A stretch of 64,000 nucleotides of DNA from an uncultured Planctomycetia bacterium (GCA_964430735.1 CAYSFB010000009.1:5492-69491); one strand, 5' to 3'; shown: positions 1 to 9,689, numbered from the stretch's first letter. Notes: generated by a model not told the origin, from the sequence alone. Translations and numbers: made by a program.

Positions 1-1
1 C

Positions 2-3000
2 GCGGGCTACACTGGTTTTGGGACCGCCGCAGCCGTCGTGCGCCTGGACCGGGCTGCAGACACAGCGGAAGTCATCGCCGCTGTTTTTTATGCTCCGGAA
101 CAGGAATGGGACGGGACCAAAGGATTGCTGATCGAAGCCTCGAAGCATGAGCCGGGTATCCGTGTGAACGGCAAGCGCTGGGACCGGATGCGGGAGCTTG
201 AGCCGGATCAGAACCAACGGATATTCGTTCACCGACGAATTTCCGATGCGCTGACGCAGCCCGGAGGCCTTGATTTTTATTCGGAGCGGTCCTCGTCATC
301 TCTTGAATTGGCGCGGATCATTTTGGGGGTCGACGGCATCTCGGCGTTTGCGAGCAGCCGGACCAAATATTGGGATTTGCTGCCGGCGTTGTATCTGATC
401 CAAAAAGCGGGAGGATCCGCCGTTCGCCTCGATGACGGCCGGCCGATCGTCTTCAAGGCGTCGGATCTTGAATCCGGGGACACGTATTCGGATCCCTTCA
501 TCGTCGGCCGTCCCGAGGCGGTCGCCCGAATAGCGCCCAAAGCGGCGCGGCTGGCGGAAAACGTTCGCGACAACATTCGCAGGGATCTCTTGAGTCATGA
601 TCCTCAGATTGCGACGAAGACCGAGGGATTTTTGGCGCGTCTTTACCTGGCGATGGAGCGAACCATGGGCTCGATCGTCGAGAAGGCCAGGACGGGCGTG
701 ATCGATCCGGCGCAACCCATCCGGCTGCTCAAGGATTCGCCGGAAGCCGCATCGGTCTCGGACCGGCCGCTGCGCGTCGGCGTGCTGGCGCTGGCGGCGA
801 ACCCGCTCAACTGGGGCCATGTCCTCCTGGCGCTCATGACGATGGATCAGTTGAATCTCGACAAGGTGGTCTTCCTGGTTCAGGGCGAGATCCAGTACAA
901 AAATATTCCCGAGGCCGACCGGGTTCCGACCCGGAAGCGCCATGAGATGGTCGTCGACGCGCTCAAGGAGCTCCAGCCTCTCATCGAGTACACGGATATC
1001 GCGCTCGACAATCAGACGATCGGGGAATTTAATTTTCCAAAAATCCTCCAGATGAACCCGGACCGGAAGATCAAGCTTTTTTACATTTCGGGAACGGAAA
1101 CACGGGAAAGAACCGCAAAGATCGGCACCAATATCCGGCAGTCGGTCGAGCAAAACCGGATTCTCGAGAATCCGAATCATGAGGTTGGCTGGGCCGTGAT
1201 CCCGCGCGGCTCGGGCGATTTTGGAAACAGGGTCACGCAGGCGGATCTCGACGCGCTGGTCGCGGAGCTTGGTTTTGATCCCGCTTCGCTGGAAACGCGC
1301 GTGATCATGGATCCCGACATCGATCTTGGCGTGAGCTCCACCTACTACCGGACCGCGCATGACCCGTCCGCTGTGCCGCGAGCGGTGGATCAGGCGGCGA
1401 TCGCCAACGGATTTTATTGGCATCCGCCGATCGATCCGGGCACGGGAAAGCCGGCACTCTCTGATGCGGAGATGTTCGGCGCAAAGCTCAGGCCGTTGGC
1501 GGAAAAAATTGCGGACCGCATTTTGGCCGTGATCCCTGCTGAGGGCGGAATGGTCTCAATCGACGGGCCTTCGGGTTCCGGCAAGTCGAGCCTTGCCGTC
1601 GAAGTTCAGTCGGCACTTCGGGCCAGAGGACGCGGAGGCATTGTGATCGGTTTGGACGTGCGGATGCGCGACCGGGCCTGGCGGCAGGCGGTACACAAGC
1701 TGGTGGTCGGCGAGGTCCTGTCCGAGTCGGAGATCGAACTGATTCGGAGCCGAACACCCGACGTCTTGAACCATCAGCCGGGACAGGAGTTTTTGGGCGA
1801 AGAGCTGTTCATGGACCATGAGGGGATCCGCCGCGACGTCCTGGAACCGGTGCACAAATTTTTCCAATCCGATGATCAAGAATTCGTGCTCAAGGTTCGC
1901 GACGCATATGACCAGTCCACCAAGAAGGTTCTGGCCGAAAAGGAATATCCTCCTATCCGTAAAGGCGACATCGTCCTCGCCGAGGGTAAATACGGCAACC
2001 GCGAGGAGCTGGCTCCGTACTACGCATTCCGGATCCGGTTGAGAGACAATCGCGAGCGGGTGCGGGCGAGGTTCGAGATCCGGCAGCGCCGCCAAAGTCC
2101 CTATGACGCTGACCGCCAGGTCAAGTTCTTCAACCTTTCGCTCGGTCCGAGTTACGACAAGGTTTATGCTCCCAGGACGTGGTCGGCAATCGACTTGGTC
2201 GCCGACATCGAAGGGGATGACTGGACGGTCGCGGATGTCCGGACAACCGAAGGTCAAGGGGCCCGATTGTCTCTTTATGAGGGGGCCTTGATCGATCTTC
2301 GTGCGGATGGGGCGGACGATCGAGGCTTGAACCGGATTCGTGTGCTGAGGCGGCTGGGGCCGCATTCAAGCAGCTGGTTGGCGGCAGCAGAGCCCGTGGA
2401 TGGCCGCCGTTTTTCGGTCAAGCAATTGCTGGCCGATGAATCTGAAGACCCGTATATCAGGAGCAACGAGTTCGAATCGGCCGGGGTGTTCGATGACGCG
2501 ATGGCCCTGCACGGCATCCGGGACCTGGGTCTTTACCTGGAATCCCGTAAGATCGGTGTCAAGGTCGCGATGCCCGCTTCGTATGATTTGGCGCAAACGC
2601 GGATCGGCTGGCTTCCTGAGGATAAGATCCGCATTGCGCCCTACGTGCCGGGCCGCACCATGGATGAGTGGATCGCATCGCGTCCGGATCTGCGGGAACG
2701 GCTTCGGGTGCTGCGATCCCTTGCACAGGCCTTCTCGGAACTGGAGCGCCTGGGTCTTCCGGGCGTGTGGGATATCAAATCCGGAAACATCATCATCGAT
2801 GACGGAGGAACCCCGTGGCTGATCGATTACAATCGGATGCGGATCTCACCGACCGGTGAGTTCATGGAGATTGTCCGCAAAACGCTTCGTGGAATGATGA
2901 GGGTGCCCCGGGCGTGGTCCGGCATGTCCTTGGGCGAATTGGCGGCGGCCATCCCAGACGGCAGCATTCAAGATTCCAGGCAAAAATCGTTGATTGATGC

Positions 3001-6000
3001 CGCCGAGCGGCGCGGAAGGATTCGTGATTATCTTGAGGAACGGGGTTCGGCGCTTGCGGGGTTCCAGAGGTCCAGCGGGTGGAAGGCCCCGGCCGAACTG
3101 ACGCGCGGCGATCGGGATTGGCTGGCGATGGCGCTTCTCAACTCCGTCCGGGATCATATGAGCTCGGACGAATGGGAGAGCCCCGATTCCAACGATATGT
3201 ATCTTTACCGCGGGCAGAAGCTGCAAGAGGTTCTGGAGCTTCGCGGGTATTACCGGTCGGAAACGTTCAACCGTCTTGCCGCCCGCGTCCTGGGTGAGGA
3301 CCTGGCCCGCAACGGCGGCACCGCCCTGGCCGTTCAGGCGCTCAAGCTCACGCTGAACAACCTGATTGAGGACATGCTGCGCGGGGATGTTCAGCCCAAG
3401 CCGATCGCTCCGACGAGACTGGAGTGGATCGTGTTCAAGTTCTTCAGTGACAGCCAAAACCTGGCCAAAGAAGGGTTTGCGGAATTCGTCGAACAGCTTT
3501 CGCTCGGAGTTCTGCTGCCGCTGGCGCTCGGAGCCGTTTCCACGGCGCTTTTTCTCAACAATCACGCGGTTCTGGCAGCAAGCATCGGATTCTGGGTTCT
3601 GGCGTATTACGCCAGCAGGCCCATCATCGAATACGCCGATAAAAAATTCGGTCTCCACACCTCTTGGGAACAAAAAATCTACCACGCCAAGATCTATGAT
3701 TACCTGATGCGGTCTGACCTCAAGTCCTTCGCGGCGGACCGGAGGAAGTATGAAGACCGGATCGGACGTCTGCTGGGTGCTTATGAGGCGGATGACGCCC
3801 GCGCCCTGGGCTCCATCGAGACCGCTCTCGAAGCGGCGATCCGCATCGGCGGTGAGAACTCGGCTCCGGCGCTGGATCTGCGCCGGCGCTGGGAGATGGC
3901 GCGGATCGACGGGATGGCGGTTCAGTCGGAGCTCAGTTATCTTCTCCGCCGGGTTCTGCCGCGGGCGTTCACGGAGCGGCGCTGGTTCCCGCGTGACCCG
4001 CAAAGCCGGCGCAAAATCATCCAGGTCGCCGAGAACGCCGAGTATCTTCGCGCGAACGGCGCCTCGGTCCAGGCCGTTCTTCTGATGATCGCCAAGGAAG
4101 CGGCCGACAACCTGAGTCTTGAGGAACAGAAGATCCTGCACCGGGCGCTGCCGGAGCTTTTTACCGGCACGGCGGGGTCTGGCCGCGAATCGAACATGGA
4201 TCGGGTCATTGAGCGTGTCCGTGCCAGAAAAGACCTCGCGGATGTCCTGGGTCTGCACCGCCATCGAATGCAGCAGTTGGAGAAAAAAAAGGGAACGGAT
4301 CGGCTGCGCGCAGAGGATCTGAATGATTTGGACGAATCAGACCGGGTCATCTACCGTGACGCGTATATCCGCACGATGGAACGCCTGATGCGTGAGGGTT
4401 TGCCGGAGGCGGCGGCGCCGATTGCGTCGGAGATCCGCGTGGAAGATGTGGTCGACGCCTATCTTTTGTCGGACCTCTACCGGCTGGCCGAACTTCGGAA
4501 AAAAGCGGACCGGGTCGACCAATTGACCACGCCGCTCTACGTGCGCCGCGTGGAGGCCCTGCCCCCGTTATGGGCGTCGTTGATGGAACGGCTGGCGCAG
4601 ATGCCCGATGGCCGCCTTCAGGTGCCATCGGATCGTATCCGGCGCTGGTCCGCGCTCATAGCGGACGTTCGGAAAATTGGAACGGACACGGTGTATATCG
4701 CTTCAAGTCGATTCAAATACCCAGAACCGGCGAGCGGCCAGCCGGAACAGGACCGGCTCGCCGCTTTGGATAATTCCAACGGAAAAGCCGGCGCCCGGTT
4801 GGCGGATGCGGAATCCGCGGACGGTGCGGCTTCACCGGCCGAAGAGTTGCGCCGTCTTTGGAGCGAATTCATCACCACTCTTGAGGAGGGCGAGTCCCTG
4901 CGTCCTTTGACAGAAGCCTCTTTTGCGCGGCGCGTTCAAATCGCCGCAAGGGCTAGGGGGCAGCTGGATGTGGTCGGCGATTGGGTCGAGCGTTATTCGC
5001 TTGAAGCGCCTTTGGATGTGGCTATTGGAATTGAGCGGCTCGAGAAGCTCGAGGCGCCGGCGTATCATGTGCACGCAATCCCGGGGGACCGGATCGAGCG
5101 CCTGATTCTGGATGCCGGCGCAGCCAAAGGGAAGGTTGGCAGGATTCGGCTCTCGATCGGCCGTTTGTCCGGACGTTCGGACGCTCCGGAACTTCGCACC
5201 CGGCAGGCCTTTGCCAAATTCCTGACCGCGCCGCAGGCGGTCGGCAACAACCGCGAGCTCGTCCAACGGATCGCAGATTCCTTCATTTTTGACAAGGAAA
5301 CGGAGGAATCCGCTCCAGTCCGACGTCCCGCGAGCCGGACCGAACAAATTAATAGCGAGCTCGAGGCGATCGTGCGTGAGCATCACGCTCTTGCCTGGTT
5401 CGTCTTAGAAAGAACGGCTAAAAACAACCATATTTGGGTCGTCAGGGCCTATGACACTTTTATGCAGTTTTATAACTCCCTCCCGGACGAAGAAAAGCGT
5501 GCCGGCAGCCGAAAAATCGCCGAGTCGGACAGGGACTTTCAAGACAGCATTTCGGTATTGAAAGGGGTGATCCGGTCGGATTATCAAACGGGGTATCGCA
5601 AGCTGATCGAACTTTATGTTGCCGACGAAAAGGTCCGCGGACTTATTTCGGAATTCAAAAAGCTCAACCCGAAGCATGGCGCGCGTCTGGCTGAGGACGA
5701 AGTGAAATGGCCGTTTGCGGTCTTGCAGCAGGGCGAGCTGGCGGATGATGCAAAAAAACGGCTGACATTCGAATCAGACCGCACAACGATTCCGGCTGGC
5801 GCCAAATCGGCGGTCTCCTACTTCCGATCCGTAAAAGAAGCCGCTTCGCGCGCAGAGGCTCTCTATCCCAGGCTTATGGAATTTTTGTCACTTCTTCACC
5901 AATACACAATCAATCATAACCCTTCAGAAACGACCCTGAATGCGATACATGTGCACTATGTGAGCATGACCGAGGCGGTCCAGGTTTGGAATAAAGACCG

Positions 6001-7855
6001 GTCTCCGCTTCTCGGAACGGCGGGAGCAAAAAGCTGGCTCAATCTGTTCGACCGGATCGACCGGTATTTGGATGAATACGGATTGCGCCGGCGGATGGTG
6101 CTTGGGGCATCGGTGCCGGGCGATACGGGTGAGGCGCGCACCGGTATCGCGGATCAGGCGCCGCGAGGCGCATTGCGTGACCGGCTTGAGCTCGAGATGC
6201 TGCGTTTCTTGAGCCGGGAAGGGTCGGGTGTGGGACTCTCTGCGCGATCCATCAAGGAGGGGCTGCTGGCCCTTGGCCTGCTTGTCGGCGCATTGGATCT
6301 CACCAACCGGGCGGAATGGCTGACACGACAGGGGCTTTTGGACAAAGCCGGAGGGCGCCGGGGCAAGCAGGCGAACCTGTACCGGGTGTCCGCCAAGGGG
6401 CGGGAGGCCGTTGATTTTTATTCCGCGAATCCGGCCTCAGAAGCCGGGCTCAAGCGCACGACTGCCGTGCCCGCGGATTGGACGGGGCCGTCAGGTTCGC
6501 GTCTTGCGGCGGGACCGGACGTGCAGGAGCAGATCCGGCGCTGGCATGAAGCGGGCGGAGCGCCCCGACGCATCCTGCGCATTCTCATCAATGAGGATGA
6601 CGAAGACCAGCGGATGTTGATCCGGCTTCGGCTCATGAAACGGAGCTTCGCTGACGATGCCGTGATCGAGGAGTATCCGCGGTCCGAAGAAGCGCTTGAA
6701 GCGTTCCGCCGGCAGCTCCAGAGCGGGAAGCCCTACGACCTTGTTATCACCGACCACAACACCAAATCCATGAGCACGGGCGCGGAGCTGATTCGGCAGG
6801 CCCGGCACGAAGAGATGTCCGCCGCCACCACCCCTTCGGTCATCATATATCAAAGCGCGACCCTGGACGAGGCGATGGATCAGCTCGGATCGGAGCTCGA
6901 CCGCCAAAACCTGTTTTTTGTCGACAAGCTGAACTTATTTCGCGATCTGACCCGTATCCTTGACGCCGTCGTTGACGAAACGCCGACTCAGGGAACCCGG
7001 CTTGCCAAAACCGTGCCGGCGCGATCCTCCGACCAACCGTTGGAATCGTTTCTTGTGTCGGTTCGAAAGGCCCGGCCCCGTCAGAATGGCATCCTGGCGT
7101 TGGAGCGTGGAGTGTCTTCCGGGCTTCCCGGCGGCCGCCGTCCGATCACGCGGTTCCGGCTTCAGTCGGGCGATTGGTTCGAGCGGCAGGTTGTGCGGCG
7201 TGAGTGGACGCCCCTTTTCGTCGATGGAGCTGTGGACCGGGATTTGTGGACGGCTGCCCCGGCATTCAAAGCCGCGCTATCAACCGGAATGGAACCCGCC
7301 AATTATCTGATTGATTTGGATCGACTTTTTTCTGATGTTCCGGACGAGGATGTCCGCCGTCGTCTCCTGAACCGGGTCGTGCGCGTGGCGGAGACCATCG
7401 AAGCTTCCGGAGCGGGCCGCATCGTCGACGTGAGCGTGGTTGATTGGCGCTCGCGTACGATCGCCGGAGCTCCTTCGGTGTTGCTGTGGAATCTGACCGA
7501 TCCGGGTGTTTTGGACCGGGTGGGGGATTACGATCTTCAGATGCAGTACCAGCAGAGCGAGAACGAAATTCTGCCGATTTTGAGTTCGATTTTATTGTCG
7601 AACCTCATGGCGCGTATCGCGCACACCGAAGATCCCGCGCTTCGGGCATCCAGAATACGGGACGCCGCACCGATTTTTGCTTCCTTGACGACCGGACCGC
7701 AGTTGGCGCTATCCGAAGCTTATTTGAAACAAATGAAGACCTACGATCCGGCTCTGCAGTACCGGACGATCCGGCCGCTCCAGCTTCGCGGCCAACTGGA
7801 GCTTGCCTTCTATCTGCAGAGCCTTTCCCGCAAGTGGACCGAACAGTCCGCCTAG
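2..7855 (+). CDS. Giant multidomain protein (>2605 aa, 5'-truncated at window edge). Domains: IMPase-like phosphatase, NadD/NMNAT-like nucleotidyltransferase, uridine-kinase/PRK-family P-loop kinase, APH/protein-kinase-like fold, C-terminal receiver(REC)-like domain
   Basis: Single uninterrupted ORF; frame is open from nt 2 (first in-frame start in ORF track is GTG at 38). IMPase C-terminal motif WDLLPALYLIQKAGG (nt ~380-430). HxGH nucleotidyltransferase motif NPLNWGH (nt ~805-820) plus ISGTETR (ISxTxxR, nt ~1090). Walker A IDGPSGSGKSS (nt ~1560-1600) followed by a Udk-like DIVLAEGKY...RIRLRDNRERVRARFEIRQRR block. Kinase-like WDIKSGNIIID...LIDYN (nt ~2765-2835). REC-like ILRILINEDDED...DLVITDHNTKSMSTGAELI (nt ~6560-6800). 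Confidence 0.6.
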   Translation, partial: AGYTGFGTAAAVVRLDRAADTAEVIAAVFYAPEQEWDGTKGLLIEASKHEPGIRVNGKRWDRMRELEPDQNQRIFVHRRISDALTQPGGLDFYSERSSSSLELARIILGVDGISAFASSRTKYWDLLPALYLIQKAGGSAVRLDDGRPIVFKASDLESGDTYSDPFIVGRPEAVARIAPKAARLAENVRDNIRRDLLSHDPQIATKTEGFLARLYLAMERTMGSIVEKARTGVIDPAQPIRLLKDSPEAASVSDRPLRVGVLALAANPLNWGHVLLALMTMDQLNLDKVVFLVQGEIQYKNIPEADRVPTRKRHEMVVDALKELQPLIEYTDIALDNQTIGEFNFPKILQMNPDRKIKLFYISGTETRERTAKIGTNIRQSVEQNRILENPNHEVGWAVIPRGSGDFGNRVTQADLDALVAELGFDPASLETRVIMDPDIDLGVSSTYYRTAHDPSAVPRAVDQAAIANGFYWHPPIDPGTGKPALSDAEMFGAKLRPLAEKIADRILAVIPAEGGMVSIDGPSGSGKSSLAVEVQSALRARGRGGIVIGLDVRMRDRAWRQAVHKLVVGEVLSESEIELIRSRTPDVLNHQPGQEFLGEELFMDHEGIRRDVLEPVHKFFQSDDQEFVLKVRDAYDQSTKKVLAEKEYPPIRKGDIVLAEGKYGNREELAPYYAFRIRLRDNRERVRARFEIRQRRQSPYDADRQVKFFNLSLGPSYDKVYAPRTWSAIDLVADIEGDDWTVADVRTTEGQGARLSLYEGALIDLRADGADDRGLNRIRVLRRLGPHSSSWLAAAEPVDGRRFSVKQLLADESEDPYIRSNEFESAGVFDDAMALHGIRDLGLYLESRKIGVKVAMPASYDLAQTRIGWLPEDKIRIAPYVPGRTMDEWIASRPDLRERLRVLRSLAQAFSELERLGLPGVWDIKSGNIIIDDGGTPWLIDYNRMRISPTGEFMEIVRKTLRGMMRVPRAWSGMSLGELAAAIPDGSIQDSRQKSLIDAAERRGRIRDYLEERGSALAGFQRSSGWKAPAELTRGDRDWLAMALLNSVRDHMSSDEWESPDSNDMYLYRGQKLQEVLELRGYYRSETFNRLAARVLGEDLARNGGTALAVQALKLTLNNLIEDMLRGDVQPKPIAPTRLEWIVFKFFSDSQNLAKEGFAEFVEQLSLGVLLPLALGAVSTALFLNNHAVLAASIGFWVLAYYASRPIIEYADKKFGLHTSWEQKIYHAKIYDYLMRSDLKSFAADRRKYEDRIGRLLGAYEADDARALGSIETALEAAIRIGGENSAPALDLRRRWEMARIDGMAVQSELSYLLRRVLPRAFTERRWFPRDPQSRRKIIQVAENAEYLRANGASVQAVLLMIAKEAADNLSLEEQKILHRALPELFTGTAGSGRESNMDRVIERVRARKDLADVLGLHRHRMQQLEKKKGTDRLRAEDLNDLDESDRVIYRDAYIRTMERLMREGLPEAAAPIASEIRVEDVVDAYLLSDLYRLAELRKKADRVDQLTTPLYVRRVEALPPLWASLMERLAQMPDGRLQVPSDRIRRWSALIADVRKIGTDTVYIASSRFKYPEPASGQPEQDRLAALDNSNGKAGARLADAESADGAASPAEELRRLWSEFITTLEEGESLRPLTEASFARRVQIAARARGQLDVVGDWVERYSLEAPLDVAIGIERLEKLEAPAYHVHAIPGDRIERLILDAGAAKGKVGRIRLSIGRLSGRSDAPELRTRQAFAKFLTAPQAVGNNRELVQRIADSFIFDKETEESAPVRRPASRTEQINSELEAIVREHHALAWFVLERTAKNNHIWVVRAYDTFMQFYNSLPDEEKRAGSRKIAESDRDFQDSISVLKGVIRSDYQTGYRKLIELYVADEKVRGLISEFKKLNPKHGARLAEDEVKWPFAVLQQGELADDAKKRLTFESDRTTIPAGAKSAVSYFRSVKEAASRAEALYPRLMEFLSLLHQYTINHNPSETTLNAIHVHYVSMTEAVQVWNKDRSPLLGTAGAKSWLNLFDRIDRYLDEYGLRRRMVLGASVPGDTGEARTGIADQAPRGALRDRLELEMLRFLSREGSGVGLSARSIKEGLLALGLLVGALDLTNRAEWLTRQGLLDKAGGRRGKQANLYRVSAKGREAVDFYSANPASEAGLKRTTAVPADWTGPSGSRLAAGPDVQEQIRRWHEAGGAPRRILRILINEDDEDQRMLIRLRLMKRSFADDAVIEEYPRSEEALEAFRRQLQSGKPYDLVITDHNTKSMSTGAELIRQARHEEMSAATTPSVIIYQSATLDEAMDQLGSELDRQNLFFVDKLNLFRDLTRILDAVVDETPTQGTRLAKTVPARSSDQPLESFLVSVRKARPRQNGILALERGVSSGLPGGRRPITRFRLQSGDWFERQVVRREWTPLFVDGAVDRDLWTAAPAFKAALSTGMEPANYLIDLDRLFSDVPDEDVRRRLLNRVVRVAETIEASGAGRIVDVSVVDWRSRTIAGAPSVLLWNLTDPGVLDRVGDYDLQMQYQQSENEILPILSSILLSNLMARIAHTEDPALRASRIRDAAPIFASLTTGPQLALSEAYLKQMKTYDPALQYRTIRPLQLRGQLELAFYLQSLSRKWTEQSA

Positions 7856-7917
7856 CGTGTTTTGCCGTCCGGTCGCGACGGAATGACAAACGTCCATCGA
7901 CCTGATATAAAGAACAC

Positions 7918-8418
7918 ATGTTCCTGAACGATCCCGACGATCCCCAGCCCGACCTCAGAACCCACTTCATGCGCGAGGCGCTCCGCCAGGCGGAAAAAGC
8001 GCTCGAGCGCGACGAAGTGCCGATCGGCGTGGTGATCGTTCACAACCGCCGCGTCATCGCCAAAGCCTTCAACCAGACCAACCTCCTCAAAGACCCAACC
8101 GCCCACGCGGAAATGATCGCGATCACCCAGGCCGCCGCTCACTTCGAACACGGCAGCGGGCGTTTGCTTGAGACCGAGATTTATTCCACGGTCGAGCCCT
8201 GCGCGATGTGCCTGGGCGCCATCATCCACGCCCGGATCCCGAAGCTTTTTTACGGCGCTCCGAATGAAAAGTACGGCGCCTGCGGTTCCGTCGTCGACCT
8301 TCTCAAGGAAGGCCGGTGGAATCACGAGGTCCAGGTCGAAAAAGGCCTGCTCGGACCCGAAGCCGCCGCGCTCATGCAGGGTTTTTTCCGGGCCAAACGC
8401 GCCAAGCTCGCGGAGTAA
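7918..8418 (+). CDS. tadA: tRNA-specific adenosine deaminase
   Basis: CDA-fold zinc motifs HAEMIAI and VEPCAMCLGAI; ~166 aa. Confidence 0.85.
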   Translation: MFLNDPDDPQPDLRTHFMREALRQAEKALERDEVPIGVVIVHNRRVIAKAFNQTNLLKDPTAHAEMIAITQAAAHFEHGSGRLLETEIYSTVEPCAMCLGAIIHARIPKLFYGAPNEKYGACGSVVDLLKEGRWNHEVQVEKGLLGPEAAALMQGFFRAKRAKLAE

Positions 8419-8471
8419 CCTCCCGCCTGTTATAATGACCGGCCAAAGTTTGTTTTTGCCTTCTTTGATAC

Positions 8472-8563
<92 letters not shown>

Positions 8564-8565
8564 AA

Positions 8566-8665
8566 CTTCGCTAAAAAGGCGTCATCTGCTTCGTTGCTCG
8601 GCGCTTGCGGACCGTAGAGTCCGCGGCGCGCCTCGCGCCTCGCATCTGACGCCTTTTTAGCGAAG
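8566..8665 (+). ncRNA. ~100-nt GC-rich structured hairpin element in the 3' flank of tRNA-Ser. A paralogous copy sits at 46929..47030. Possible terminator, processing or leader element.
   Basis: Long outer stem cttcgctaaaaaggcgtca / tgacgcctttttagcgaag enclosing inner hairpin gcggac-cgtaga-gtccgc. Same architecture, with compensatory substitutions, occurs after the second tRNA-Ser. Confidence 0.55.
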
Positions 8666-8699
8666 TTTGATAAATGAAAGTTTAAATACGGGCGGGTTG

Positions 8700-9689
8700 A
8701 TGGCTAAAAAAATGCGGCCGACGGGGCAGGATATCAGTATCTCGACCGTGATGACCCGCCGTATCGTCTCTGTGACCAAAGATCAGAACGTCCTCGAAGC
8801 CGCGCGCAAGATGCGCCGCAACAAGGTCGGCTCCGTCCTCGTCATCGAAAAGCGCCGGCTGCAGGGGATCCTGACCGAGCACGACGTCATCAAAGTGGTC
8901 TCCGACGGCAAGGATCCCGGCCGGGAATCCGTCGCCAAAGCCATGACGTCCAAAGTCGTTACCGCCTCTCCCGACAGCCCCATCTCCCGCGTGCTCAATC
9001 AGATGCAGTCCAGACGGATCCAGCACATTCCGGTCGTCGACAAGAGCGGCTTTTCGGTCGGCATCATTTCGATCCGCGACCTCATGGACAGGACCCAGAA
9101 GGAAATGAAGCGCCTCATCAAGGTTCGCGACCGGAACCTCAGCACGGACGCGCTGACCGGCCTCAAGAGCTACCGTTTTTTCAACGATTACCTCGATATC
9201 GAAATCACCAAGAGTCTTTACCATGGCGGGTGCTTTTCGCTCCTGTTCATGGATCTGGACAACTTCAAGCAGCTTAATGACGCCGAAGGGCATTCCATCG
9301 GCAATCTGGTGCTCATGCGGCTCGGCGAAGTGCTGAACCAGCGGCACGACAAGGAGCATCTGTTTTCTTTGCGTAAATCCGACGTCGCGGTCCGCTTCGG
9401 CGGAGACGAGGTCGGCGTCATCCTTCCGGATACGGATACGGAAGGCGCCATCATCTGCGCCGAACGTCTTCTGACGACGGTTCGTACCGAGCTGAACGGC
9501 ATCGAGGGGATTACGCCCCCCAAGCCCTTGACGTTGAGCATCGGTATCGCCACCTTCCCTAAAGATGCCAAGGACCGCGCGACGCTGATTCAAAACGCCG
9601 ACGAGGCGTTGTACGCTGCCAAGCGTAACGGCAAGAATCAGATCTGCGTTTACGGTTCAGTAGCTCCGGCCTTCTCCACCAAAGCTTAA
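8700..9689 (+). CDS. CBS-pair + GGDEF-domain diguanylate cyclase-like protein (signature is GGDEV)
   Basis: N-terminal CBS repeats (VTKDQNVLEAARKM..., ILTEHDV...). GGDEF-domain block RFGGDEVGVIL with upstream DxLTGL. ORF track start at 8667; the ATG at 8700 (MAKKMRP) is more likely. Confidence 0.7.
   Translation: MAKKMRPTGQDISISTVMTRRIVSVTKDQNVLEAARKMRRNKVGSVLVIEKRRLQGILTEHDVIKVVSDGKDPGRESVAKAMTSKVVTASPDSPISRVLNQMQSRRIQHIPVVDKSGFSVGIISIRDLMDRTQKEMKRLIKVRDRNLSTDALTGLKSYRFFNDYLDIEITKSLYHGGCFSLLFMDLDNFKQLNDAEGHSIGNLVLMRLGEVLNQRHDKEHLFSLRKSDVAVRFGGDEVGVILPDTDTEGAIICAERLLTTVRTELNGIEGITPPKPLTLSIGIATFPKDAKDRATLIQNADEALYAAKRNGKNQICVYGSVAPAFSTKA

Noticed and set aside
296-4264. Long antisense ORFs (296..1423 -, 2846..4264 -, 1556..2365 -) inside the giant + strand gene
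   Set aside because: Typical spurious ORFs of the opposite strand in high-GC DNA. Their translations are Arg/Pro/Gly-rich low-complexity sequence, with no motifs, while the + strand frame carries multiple coherent domains.
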